Positions 21,701 to 34,400 of a stretch of 64,000 nt of DNA are shown here, piece after piece. The position numbers and the translations under genes were made by a program. Each line of letters begins with the position of its first letter. Position 1 is the first letter of the stretch. The DNA is from Camelus ferus. Its lineage: Eukaryota. Location: assembly GCF_009834535.1 (NCBI RefSeq), contig NC_045697.1, forward strand, positions 119,724,001 to 119,788,000, in the 5' to 3' direction. The notes under the pieces were generated by a model. It had not been told where the DNA came from, ran no database searches, and worked only from the letters and a program-made list of their open reading frames with translations.

Positions 21701-23832
21701 CGGAGCAAGAATTTGCTTGGGGGAGGTGTGGAGCCCCCCACCACACAGAGGACAGGGGTCACAGAATTTCCTTGTTTATGAGAAGTCCTGCTAATTACCT
21801 CTACAGTCTATCTCTGGGCACTCGTTGCTACTTGGCTTTCCAGCCGAACCCCCAACTTTCCCTCGCTGCCCGCCCTGGAAAACACTTCAGAGATAATAAG
21901 TTAATGGTTCTATTGGAACACAAGCACTGCAGACCGTTGAAGTAACCTCCGCACACGCAGGATAACAGAAAAATTTTTTTGTGTCTCATTGAGATGGTAA
22001 AAGATCCACACATATTTCAGGGTTTACTGGTGTTCCTAGGTTGTGGGAGGTCAGATACATCCCACTACAGCCCATGGGGAAGTACTCGCTCCTGCTTGTC
22101 TTTCCAGCCCATCCCCCTGTTTCCTTTGCATCCCAGCCTGAGAAAACTATCAGAAAATGTAGCTAAAGGTTCTATCAAAACCCCGGTGCTGCCATCTGTT
22201 GTAGGAAAATCCACAAACACAGGATTCCCAAACACGGCTTTGCTTGGAAGAGTTTAGAAGCCCCAATTCACACACATGCCTGGGGGCACAAGTTTTTCCC
22301 TTTTAGGGCCAAGTCTGCTAATTACCTCCATAGTCCATCTCGGGGCACTCGTAGCTACTTGGATTCCCAGCCCAACACACATTTATCCCTTGCAAAACGG
22401 CCTGGGGTAACACAGAAGGAAAAGAAGCTATTGGTGCTATTCGAACCTATGTACTGCTGACAAATATGGAAACTTTCGAAAAATCAGGATAACAGAACAT
22501 ATCTTTCTGTGTGTGATGGAGTAGGAAAACACACTCCAGGCATTTTTCTGTGGATCCAGGTTTTCCCAGGATGGGAGATGTCGGCTAGATTCCTTCAGTG
22601 CCCATGGGGTGGCACTGTCTTCTTCTTCGTATTCAAGCCCAACTCCCAGCTTTCCCTTGCAGCCCGGACAAGTGAAACACCCATGCATGACAAATAAGTG
22701 ATTCTATCAGAACCCTGACTTTGCGGTCTGTTGGAGGAACCTCCAAACCTTCAGGATTCTGGAACACGTCTTTGAGTGTGGGGAGTTGTGGAACCCCAAT
22801 CCACGCAGATGGAAGGGGTCACAGATTTGTCCCTGTTAGGGAGAAGTCCGCTAATTACCTCCACAGTGCATCTTCGGGCACTCGCTGCTTCTTAGATTTT
22901 CAGTCTATCCCCAAGTTTTCTCTTGCAGCACGGCCTTGTAAAACACTCAGTGATAATAAGCTAGGTTTCTATTGGAACCCAGGTGCTGCTGACAATTGTA
23001 GGGAACTCCCCACTCTCAGAATAACAGAACAATACTTTGAGTGTCTGATTTAGATGGGTAAAATAAATCCACGCATGTTTCAAGATGTATAGGCGTTCAT
23101 AGTATGTGGAAGTTCGGATATTTACATCCACTGTCCATGGGTAGTCCCTTGCAGTTGCTTGGATTCCAGCCAAAACCCCAGCGTTCCCTCGCATCCCGGC
23201 CTGTGAAAACACTCAGAGAAATAAAGCTAAAGTATCTATAAGATCTAAGGCGCTCCTGACAGTTGTAGAAACCTCCCTACACTAAGGAATACAGAACAAA
23301 TCTTTGTGGGTGTGATGGAGTAGGAAAACACATTAAGGCATGTCTCTGTGGTGCAGGTGTTCGCAGGATGGGAAATGTTGGCTAATCACCTCCAATGCCC
23401 ATGGGGAAGCACTCTCTTCTTCTTCGATATCCAGCCCTAATCCTAGCATTCCCTTGCAGCCCGACCGTGGAAAACACCCAGGGATGACAAACTAAATCTT
23501 TCTATCAGAACCAGGACGCTGCTGTATGTTGGAGGAACCTCCAAACACTCAGGATTCCGGAACATGGATTTGCTTGGTGCGAATTTTGAAGCCCCACAGC
23601 ACACTCATTGCTGGGGCCCAAGATTTTCCGTTTTAGGGCCAAGTCCGCTAATTACCTCCAATGTCCATCTCGGGGAACTGGCTTCTACATGAATTTCCAG
23701 CCCAAACCCAAGCTTTCCCTCGCAGTCCGGCCTGGGAAACACACAGGGAAAGTATGTTATTGGTTGTAATGGAACCCAGTCTCTACCTACTGTTGTAGGA
23801 ACCTTCCCACATGTAGGATAAAAGAAGAAACA
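18798..23832. repeat. 19-mer HOR copy 3 (5,035 bp)
   Basis: Near-identical to copies 1 and 2; for example the 110-aa translations at 12653, 17686 and 22721 are identical. Confidence 0.95.
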
Positions 23833-25390
23833 TTTGTGTGTCTGATGGAGATGGGTAAAAAAACTCCAAGCATGTATCATGGGGCTTAGGTGTTCCAAGG
23901 CTGTGGGACGTCGGAAAATTACCTCAAATTCTCATGTGGAGTAACTTGATGCTGCTATGAATTACAGCCAAGCCCACAGTATTACCTAGCAGACAGGCCT
24001 GTGAAAACACTCACGGAAAAAAAATACTGATGCTACCAGAACACAGGCGCTGCTGAAATTTGTAGAATCCTCCCCACACTCAGGATAGCAGAACAAATTT
24101 TTGTGTGTGTGATGGTGTAGGAAAATACACTCCAGGCATGTTTCTGGGGGTACAACTGTTCCCAGGATGGGAGATGTCGCCTAATTACCTCCTCTTCCAA
24201 TGGGGAGGCACTCTATACTTCTTCGCTTTCCAGTCCAAATCCCAGCTTTCGTTTAAAGCCTGGCCTAAGAAAAAACCTTGGGATGACATTATTAGTGATT
24301 CTATAAGAAACCCCGCTCTGCTGCCTGTTGGAGGTACAACACACACTCAAATTTCGGAACATGGCTTTGCATGGTGTAGGTGTGGATACCAACACCACAA
24401 GATGCCTGGGGGCACAGTTTCTCTCTGTCTGGGAGAATGTCGCTAATTACATCTACAGTCAATTTCTGGGCAATCCTGGCTACTTAGCTTTCCAGCCGAA
24501 CCCCCAGTTTCCCACGCAGCCCACCCTAGAAAACACACAGTTTATAAGCTAGTGGTCTATTGGAACCCAGTCACTGCAGACCGTTGTAGGAAGCTCCGCA
24601 CACGCAGGATAACAGAAACACTGTTTTGTGTCTGATTGAGATGTTAAAAACTCCACGCATATTTCTTGGGGTACAGGTTTTCCTAGGATGGGGGAGATCA
24701 GATTATTCCCATTAATGCCCATGTGGAGGTAATCGTTCCTGCTTGGAATTACATCCCATCCCCCAGTTTCCCTTGCAACCAAGTCAGAGAAAGCAGGTCA
24801 GGAAATTTAGCTAAATTTCTATTAGAACCCAGGCGCTGCTGAAAATTTGAAGAAACCTCCCCATACACAGGGTAACAGAACACTTCTTTGTGTGTGTGAT
24901 GGAGTAGGAAAACACACGCCATGCATGTTTCTGGGGTGCAGGTGTAACCAGGTTGTGAGTCGTTGGCTAAGTATCTCCACAACCCATGGGATGCACTCTG
25001 TTTTTGTCGTATTCCAGCCCTATTCCCAGCTTTCACTTGCAGGCACGGGTGACACCCAGGGATGACAAACTAAGTGATTCTCTAAGAACCCCGGCGCTGC
25101 TGTCTTTTGGAGGAACCTCCACACACAGGATTCCCAAACAAGACTTTGCTTGGGGGAATCTTGAAGCCCATATCCACACACAAGGCTGGGGCTCAAGTTT
25201 ATCCCTGTTAGGGAGAAGTCCGCTAATTAGCTCCAAAGTCCATCTCGGGACCCGATTGCTACTTGGAATTCCAGCCAAACCCCATGTTTCCCATGAGCCC
25301 GGCCTGGGTTAACAATAGGGAAAAAGAAGATTGGTGCTATTCGAACCCATGCCCTGTGACAATTGAGGAGGAAACCTTCGAACACTCAGT
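23833..25390. repeat. Partial fourth 19-mer copy that changes to 11-mer-type A2/B2 sequence at ~24980; noisy contig end
   Basis: Matches 8733-9880 up to about GTATCTCCA (~24979), then matches 6850-7270 (CAACCCATGGG, GCACGGGTGACACCCAGG, TAATTAGCTCCAAAG) with scattered 1-2 bp indels. Confidence 0.8.
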
Positions 25391-25490
25391 NNNNNNNNNN
25401 NNNNNNNNNNNNNNNNNNNNNNNNNNNNNNNNNNNNNNNNNNNNNNNNNNNNNNNNNNNNNNNNNNNNNNNNNNNNNNNNNNNNNNNNNN
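25391..25490. other. Assembly gap (100 N) separating the left-family and right-family HOR domains
   Basis: Exactly 100 consecutive N; the HOR type differs on the two sides. Confidence 0.99.
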
Positions 25491-28400
25491 GGGGGCCCAA
25501 GTTTTCCCTGTTATTGAGAAGTCATGTTAATTTCCTCCACAGTGCATCTTGGGGCACTCACTGCTCTTGGATTTTCAGCCATTCCCCGATTTCACTCTCA
25601 TCCCGGTCTCGGAAAACACTCCAGGGAAGGGAAGCTACAAGTTCCTATTAGAACCCGGCGATCCTGACATTTGTGAAACCTCAACATACTAAGTAAAACA
25701 GGAATACCTTTTGTGTGTGTGATGGAGTAAGGAAAACACTAAATCATTTCTGGGGTGCAGGTGTTCCCAGGATGGGAGATGTTGGCTAATTACCTCCATG
25801 CCAATGTGGAAGACTCCCTCACTTCCTTCGATTTCCAGCCCTAATCTTAGCATTTCCCTTGCAGCCCGACCTTGGAAAACCAGGATTAAAAATGTAAGAC
25901 ATTCTCAGAACCAGGGCGCTGCTTTCTGTTGGAGGAACCTCCAACACTCACGATTCGGGAACACGGCTTTTTGGGGGGAGTGTGATGCCCCACTGCACAC
26001 ACACTGCTGGGGGCACATGATTCCCTGTTAGGGAACTTCTGCTAATTACATCCATAGTCCATCTAGGGTCACTCGCTGCTACTTGGATTTCCATACCCAT
26101 CCCTAGCTTTCCTTCAGCCCGGCCTGGGTAAAACACTCAGGGATAATATGTTATTGGTTGTATTGGAACCCAGTCGCTACCTACCGTTGTAGGAAACATC
26201 CCACACCTAGGATAACGAAGAAAAAATTTGTGGGTCTGATGGAAATGGGTAAACAATCTCCACGCATGTTTCGGGGGGCACAGGTGTTTCCAAGGCTGTG
26301 GGACGTCGGAAAAATACCTCAAAATTTTCATGGGAGTACTTGTTGCTTCTACGAATTTCAGCCCCGAACCCACAGTTTACCCTCGCAGCCAGGCCTGTGA
26401 AAATAATCACGGAAAAGAAAATACTGGTGCTATTATATCCCAGGCGCTGTTCACAGTGTAGAAACCTCCCACACTCAGGATAGCGGAACACATCTTTTTG
26501 TGTATGACTTGTTTAAAAAATACACTCCAGGCTTTTTTCTGGTACAGCTGTTCTCAGGTTTGGAGATGTCGCCTAATTACCTCCACTGCCATTGGGAGGC
26601 ACTTTCTACTCCTCTCCGCTTTCCAGACTAACTCCCAAATTCCCCTTGCAGCCCGGCCTAAGTAAAACACTAAATAGACAATATTAGTGATTCTATTCAG
26701 AACCCGTCGCTGCTGTCGGTTGGAGGTACCCAACACACTCAAAATTTCGGAACACGTCTTTGCTTGGGGAGGTGTAGAACCCAACACCACACAATGCCTG
26801 GGGGCACAGGAATTCCCTGTTTATGAGAAGTCCGCTTTACCTCTACAGTCAATCTCTAGGCACTTGTTTGCTACTTGACTTTCCACCGCCGAACCCCAAG
26901 CTTTCCCTCACAGCCCGCCCTGGAAAACACTCAGAAGATATAAGCTAGTGGTTCTAATGGAACACAGGCACTGCAGACCCTTGTAGGAACCACCGCACAC
27001 GCAGGATAACAGAACATTTTTGTGTCTCATTGAGATGTAAACCTCCACGCATGTTTCAGGGGTACAGGTGGTCCTAATTGTGGGAGGTAAGATACTTCCC
27101 ACTACTGCCCATGGGGGGAAATAGCTCCTGCTTGGCTTTCCAGCACATCTCCAGGTTCCCTTGCAACCCAGCCTGAGAGAACACTCAGAAAATATAGCTT
27201 AAATTTTTAATTACAACCCAGGCGCTGCTGACAGTTGTAAAACCTCCCAATACACAGGGTAACAGAAACACGTCTTTGTGTGTGTTATGTAGTAGGAAAA
27301 GAGACTCCATGCATGTTTCTGTGGTGCAGGTTTAACCAGGTTGGGAGACGTTGGCTAATTATCTCCAAACCATGGGGAGGCACTCTGTTTTTCATCGTTT
27401 CCAGACCTACTCCTAGCTTTCCCTTGCAGCACGGGTTAGGAAAACACCCAGGGAGACAGACTAAGTGATTCTATCAGAACCCTGGGGCTGCTGTCTGTTG
27501 GAGGCACTTCCAAACACACAGGATTCCCAAAATGGCTTTGCTTGGTGAGTTGTGAAGCCCCACATCAACACATGGCTGGGGCACAAGTTTTCCTGTTAGG
27601 GAGAAGTTCGCTAATTTCCCTCTACTTCATCTCGGGGCACTCCCTGCTACATTGGATTTCCAGCCCAACCCCCGGTTTCCCTTGCAGCACGCCTGGTGTA
27701 ACACAGAGAGAAAAGAAGCTACGGTCCTAGGAACCCATGCGATGCTGAAATTGTGGAAACCTTCGAACACTCAGTATAACAGAACACATCTTTCTGTGTG
27801 TGATGGAGTAGGAAAACACATGCCAGCATTTTTTGGGGATCCAGGTTTCCCAGGTTGGGAGATATCGGCTAGTTTCCTTCATGCTCATGGGGAGTCACTG
27901 TCTTCTTCTTCGTTTTCAAGCCCAAATCCAAGCTTTCCCTGTAGCCCGGACTAGTGAAACACCCAGGGATGAAAAATAAATGATTTATCAGTTCCCCGGC
28001 GTTGCTTCTGTTGGAGGATCCTCCAAACCCCCAGGATTCTGGAACAAGTCTTTGCATGTTTGGAGTTGTGGAGCCCCAATCCACGCAGAAGGATGGGGTC
28101 ACAGACTTGTCCCTGTTAGGGAGAAGTCCGCTACTTACCTCCACAGTGCTTGGGGCACTGTTTGCTTCTTGGATTTTCAGGCAATCCCCCAGAATTCACA
28201 CGCAGCCTGTCCTTTGAAAAACACTCAGGGAAAGTAAGCTAGAGCTCTATAGGAACCCAGGTGCTGCAGACAGTTTAGGAACTCCCCACACTCAGGATAA
28301 CAGAACAATTCGTCGAGTGTCTGATAGATGGGTAAACTAAATCCACGCATGTTTCAGGTGGTAAAGGCGTTCTTAGGTTGTGGAAGTTCTATAATTACTC

Positions 28401-31400
28401 CATTGTCCATGGGGAGGCCCTTGCTTGCTTGAATTCCAGCCCTACCCCCAGCGTTTCCTCGCAGCCCTGCCTGGGAAAAACTCAGGGAATAAAATCTACA
28501 GTTTCTGTTAGAACAAAGTTGCTCCTGAAGTTGTAGAAACCTTCCCCACACTAAGGAAAATAGAACACTTCTTTGTGTGTGTGATGGAGTAGGAAAACAC
28601 ACTAAGGCATGTTTTGGGGTGCAGGTGTTCCCAGGATGGGAGATTTGTCTAATTACCTCCACTGCCCATGGGAGGCACTCTGATTTTCTTCGTTTTCCAG
28701 CCATCCCAGCTTTCCCTTGCTGCACGGGTTAGGAAAACACCCAGGGATGACAAACTAAGTATTCTATGAGAACCCCGGCGCTGCTGTTGTTGCAGGAACC
28801 TCCCACACACAGGATTCCCAAACACGGCTTTGATTGGGGAGTTGTGAAGCCCCACTCCACACACATGGCTGGGGGCACAAGTATTTCCCTGTTATGGAAG
28901 TCAGTTAATTTCCTCCACAGTGCATCTTGGGGCACTCACTGCTTCTTGGATTTTCAGCCAATTCCCCAGATTTCACTCTCAGCCCGTCTCGGAAACACTC
29001 AGGGAAGGAAAGCTACAAGTTCTATTAGAACCCAGGCGATCCTGACAGTTGTAGAAACCTCAACATACTAAGTAAAACAGAATACTCTTTTGTGTGTGAT
29101 GGAGTAGGAAAACACACTAAAGGCATGTTTCTGGGGTGCAGGTGTTCCCAGGATGGGAGATGTTGGCTAATTACCTCCACTGCCAATGTGGAGACACTCA
29201 CTTCACTTCGATTTCCAGCCCTAATCCTAGCATTCCCTTGCAGCCCGACCTTGGAAAACACCCGGGATTAAAAATGTAAGACATTCTGTCAGAACCAGGG
29301 CGCTGCTTTCTGTTGGAGGAACCTCCAAACACTCACGATTCGGGAACACGGCTTTTTTGGGGGGAGTGCTGATGCCCCACTGCACACTCACTGCTGGGGG
29401 CACATGATTTTCCCTGTTAGGGAGACTCTGCTAATTACATCCATAGTCCATCTAGGGTCACTCGCTGCTACTTGGATTTCCATACCATCCCTAGCTTTCC
29501 TTCAGAGCCCGGCCTGGGTAAACACTCAGGGATAATATGTTATTGGTTGTATTGGAACCCAGTCGCTACCTACCGTTGTAGGAAACATCCCACACCTAGG
29601 ATAACAGAAGAAAACTTTGTGGGTCTGATGGAAATGGTAAACAATCTCCACGCATGTTTCGGGGGGCACAGGTTTCCAAGGCTGTGGGACGTCGGAAAAA
29701 TACCAAAATTTCATGGGGAGTAACTTGTTGCTTCTACGAATTTCAGCCGAACCCACAGTTTACCTCGCAGCCAGGCCTGTGAAAATAATCACGGAAAAGA
29801 AAATACTGGTGCTATTATATCCCAGGCGCTGTTCACAGGTGTAGAAACCTCCCCACACTCAGGATAGCGGAACACATCTTTGTGTGTATGACGGTTAAGG
29901 AAAATACACTCCAGGCATTTTTCTGTCTGTACAGCTGTTCTCAGGTTTGGAGATGTCGCCTAATTACCTCCACTGCCATTGGGGAGGCACTTTCTACTTC
30001 TCCGCTTTCCAGACTATCTCCCAAATTTCCCTTGCAGCCCGGCCTAAGAAAACACCTAAATATGACAATATTAGTGATTCTATTCAGAACCCCGTCGCTG
30101 CTGTCGGTTGGAGGTACCCAACACACTCAAATTCCGGAACACGTCTTTGCTTGGGGAGGTGTAGAACCCAACACCACACAGATGCCTGGGGGCACAGGAA
30201 TTCCCTGTTTATGAGAAGTCCGCTCATTACCTCTACAGTCAATCTCTAGGCACTTGTTGCTACTTGACTTTCCAGCCGAACCCCAAGCTTTCCCTCACAG
30301 CCCGCCCTGGAAAACACTCAGAAGATATAAGCTAGTGGTTCTAATGGAACACAGGCACTGCAGACCCTTGTAGGAACCACCGCACACGCAGGATAACAGA
30401 ACATATTTTTGTGTCTCATTGAGATGGTAAACCTCCACGCATGTTTCAGGGGGTACAGGTGGTCCTAAGTTGTGGGAGGTAGATACTTCCCACTACTGCC
30501 CATGGGGGGAAATAGCTCCTGCTTGGCTTTCCAGCACATCTCCAGGTTCCCTTGCAACCCAGCCTGAGAGAACACTCAGAAAATATAGCTTAATTTTAAT
30601 TACAACCCAGGCGCTGCTGCTGACAGTTGTAGAAACCCCTCCCAATACACAGGGTAACAGAAACGTCTTTGTGTGTGTTATGTAGTAGGAAAAAGACTCC
30701 ATGCATGTTTCTGTGGTGCAGGTTTAACCAGGTTGGGAGACGTTGGCTAATTAACTCCAAAATCCATGGGAGGCACTCTGTTTTTCATCGTTTCCAGACC
30801 TACTCCTAGCTTTCCCTTGCAGCACGGGTTTGGAAAACACCCAGGGATGACAGACTAAGTGATTCTATCAGAACCCTGGGGCTGCTGTCTGTTGGAGGCA
30901 CTTCCAAACACACAGGATTCCCAAAAATGGCTTTGCTTGGGTGAGTTGTGAAGCCCCACATCAAACACATGGCTGGGGGCACAAGTTTTTCCCTGTTAGG
31001 GAGAAGTTCGCTAATTCCCTCTACATTCAATCTCGGGGCACTCCCTGCTACATGGATTTCCAGCCCAACCCCCAGGTTTCCCTTGCAACACGGCCTGGTG
31101 TAACACAGAGAGAAAAGCTACAGGTCCTATTAGAACCCATGCGATGCTGAAAATTGTGGAAACCTTCGAACACTCAGTATAACAGAACACATCTTTCTGT
31201 GTGTGATGGAGTAGGAAAACACATGCCAGGCATTTTTCTGGGGATCCAGGTTTTCCCAGGTTGGGAGATATCGGCTAGTTTCCTTCACTGCTCATGGGGA
31301 GTCACTGTCTTCTTCTTCGTTTTCAAGCCCAAATCCAAGCTTTCCCTTGTAGCCCGGACTAGTGAAACACCCAGGGATGAAAAATAAATGATTCTATCAG

Positions 31401-34400
31401 TTCCCCGGCGTTGCTTTCTGTTGGAGGATCCTCCAAACCCCCAGGATTCTGGAACAAGTCTTTGCATGTTTGGAGTTGTGGAGCCCCAATCCACGCAGAA
31501 GGATGGGGTCACAGACTTGTCCCTGTTAGGGAAAGTCCGCTACTTACCTCCACAGTGCGTCTTGGGGCACTGTTTGCTTCTTGGATTTTCAGGCAATCCC
31601 CCAGAATTCACACGCAGCCTGTCCTTTGAAAACACTCAGGGAAAGTAAGCTAGAGCTCTATAGGAACCCAGGTGCTGCAGACAGTTTTAGGAAACTCCCC
31701 ACTCAGGATAACAGAACAATTCGTCGAGTGTCTGATAGAGATGGGTAAACTAACTCCACGCATGTTTCAGGTGGTAAAGGCGTTCTTAGGTTGTGGAAGT
31801 TCATATAATTACCTCCATTGTCCATGGGGAGGCCCTTGCTGATGCTTGGAATTCCAGCCCTACCCCAGCGTTTCCTCGCAGCCCTGCCTGGGAAAAACTC
31901 AGGGAATAAAATCTACAGGTTCTGTTAGAACAAAGTTGCTCCTGAAAGTTGTAGAAACCTTCCCACACTAAGGAAATAGAACACTTCTTTGTGTGTGATG
32001 GAGTAGGAAAACACACTAAAGGCATGTTTCTGGGGTGCAGGTGTTCCCAGGATGGGAGATTTGTCTAATTACCTCCACTGCCCATGGGGAGGCACTCTGG
32101 TTTTCTTCGTTTTCCAGCCCTACTCCCAGCTTTCCCTTGCTGCACGGGTTAGGAAAACACCCAGGGAAGACAAACTAAACAATTCTATCAGAACCCCGGC
32201 GCTGCTGTCAGTTGCAGGAACCTCCACACACACAGGATTCCCAAACACGGCTTTGATTGGGGAGTTGTGAAGCCCCACTCCACACACCATGGCTGGGGGC
32301 CCAAGTATTTCCCTGTTATTGAGAAGTCAGTTAATTTCCTCCACAGTGCATCTTGGGGCACTCACTGCTTCTTGGATTTTCAGCCAATTCCCCAGATTTC
32401 ACTCTCAGCCCGGTCTCGGAAAACACTCAGGGAAGGAAAGCTACAAGTTCTATTAGAACCCAGGCGATCCTGACATTTGTAGAAACCTCAACACTCTAAG
32501 GAAAACAGGATAATCCTTTGTGTGTGTGATGGAGTAGGAAAATACACTAAATCATATATCTGGGGTGCAGGTGTTCCCAGGATGGGAGATGTTGTCTAAT
32601 TACCTCCATTGCCCATGGGGAAGCACTCCCTTCACTTCGATTTCCAGCCCTAATCTTAGCATTCCCTTGCAGCCCGACCGTGGAAAACACGCAGGGATTA
32701 CAAATCTAAGACATTCTATCAGAACCAGGGCGCTGCTGTCTGTTGGAGTAACTTCCAAACATTTACGATTCCAGAACACGGCTTTGTTGGGGGGATTGTT
32801 GAAGCCCCACTGCACACACACTGTTGGGGGCACATGATACTCCCTGTTAGGGAGAAGTCTGCTAATTACATCCATAGTCCATCTAGGGGCACTCGCTGCT
32901 ACTTGGCTTTCCATACAAACCCCCAGCTTTCCCTCACAGCCCGGCCTGGGTAAACACTCAGGGATAATATGCTATTGGGTTTATAGGAACTCAGTAGTTA
33001 CCTAACTTTGTAGGAAACATCCCACACCTAGGAAAACAGAAAAAATTTTTGTGGGTCTGATGGAGATGGGTAAACAAACTCCACGCATGTTTTGGGGGGC
33101 ACAGGTTTTCCAAGGCTGTGGGACGTCGGAAAAATACCTCAAATTTTCATGGGGAGTAACTTGCTGCTTCTACGAATTTCAGCCCAACCCACAGCTTTAC
33201 CTCGCAGCCAGGCCTGTGAAAACAATCACGGAAAAGAAAATACTGGTGCTTTTATATCCCAGTCGCTGTTCACAGTTGTAGAAACCTCCACACACTCAGG
33301 AGAGCGGAACATATCTTTTTTGTAGGATTGTTTAGGAAAATACACTTCAGGGCATGTTTCTGGGGGTACAGCTGTTCCCAGGTTTGGAGATGTCGCCTAA
33401 TTACCTCCACTGCCATTGGGGAGGCACTCTCTACTTCTTCACTTTCCAGACCAACTCCCAAATATCCCTTGCAGCCCGGCCTAAGTATTAACCTAGATAT
33501 GACATAATTAGTGATTCTATTCAGAACCTCGTCGCTGCTGTCGGTTGGAGGTACCCAACACACTCAAAATTTCGGAACACCGCTTTGCTTGTGGGAGGTT
33601 TGGAGCCCCACACCACACAGATGTCTGTGGGCACAGGAATTCCCTGTTTATGACAAGTCCGCTAATTACCTCTACAGTCAATCTCTAGGCACTTGTTGAT
33701 ACTTGGCTTTCCAGCCGAACCCCCATCTTTCCCCGTAGCCGGCCCTGGAAGACACTCAGAGGAAATAAGCTAGTTATTCTAATGGAACGCAGGCACTGCA
33801 GACCGTTGTAGAAACCACCGCACACGAAGGATAACAGAACATATTTTTGTGTCTGACTGAGATGGTAAAACCTCCACGCATGTTTCAGGGGGTACAGGTG
33901 TTCCTAATATGTGGGAGGTCAGATACTTCCCACTACTGTCCATGGGGAGGAAATCGCTAATGCTTGGCTTTCCAGCCCATCCCCAAATTCCCTTGCAACC
34001 CAGCTTGAGAGAACACTCAGAAAATGTAGCTTAAATTTTAATTAGAACCCAGGCGCTGCTGACAGTTTTAGAAACTCCCAATACACAGGGTAACAGAACA
34101 CTGATTTGTGTGTGTTATGTAGTAGGAAAACACACTCCATGCATGTTTCTGGGGTGCAGGTATAACCAGGTTGGGAGACGTTGGCTAATTATCTCCAGAG
34201 TCCATGGGGAGGCACTCTGATTTCTTCATTTTCCAGCCACTACTCAGCTTTCCCTTGCAGCCCGTGTTAGAAACACCCCGGGAGGACAGACTAAGTGATT
34301 CTATGAGAACCCGGGCACTGCTGTCTGTTGGAGGCACCTCCAAACACACAGGATTCCCAAACACGGCTTTGCTTGGTTGAGTTGTGAAGCCACCACACTC

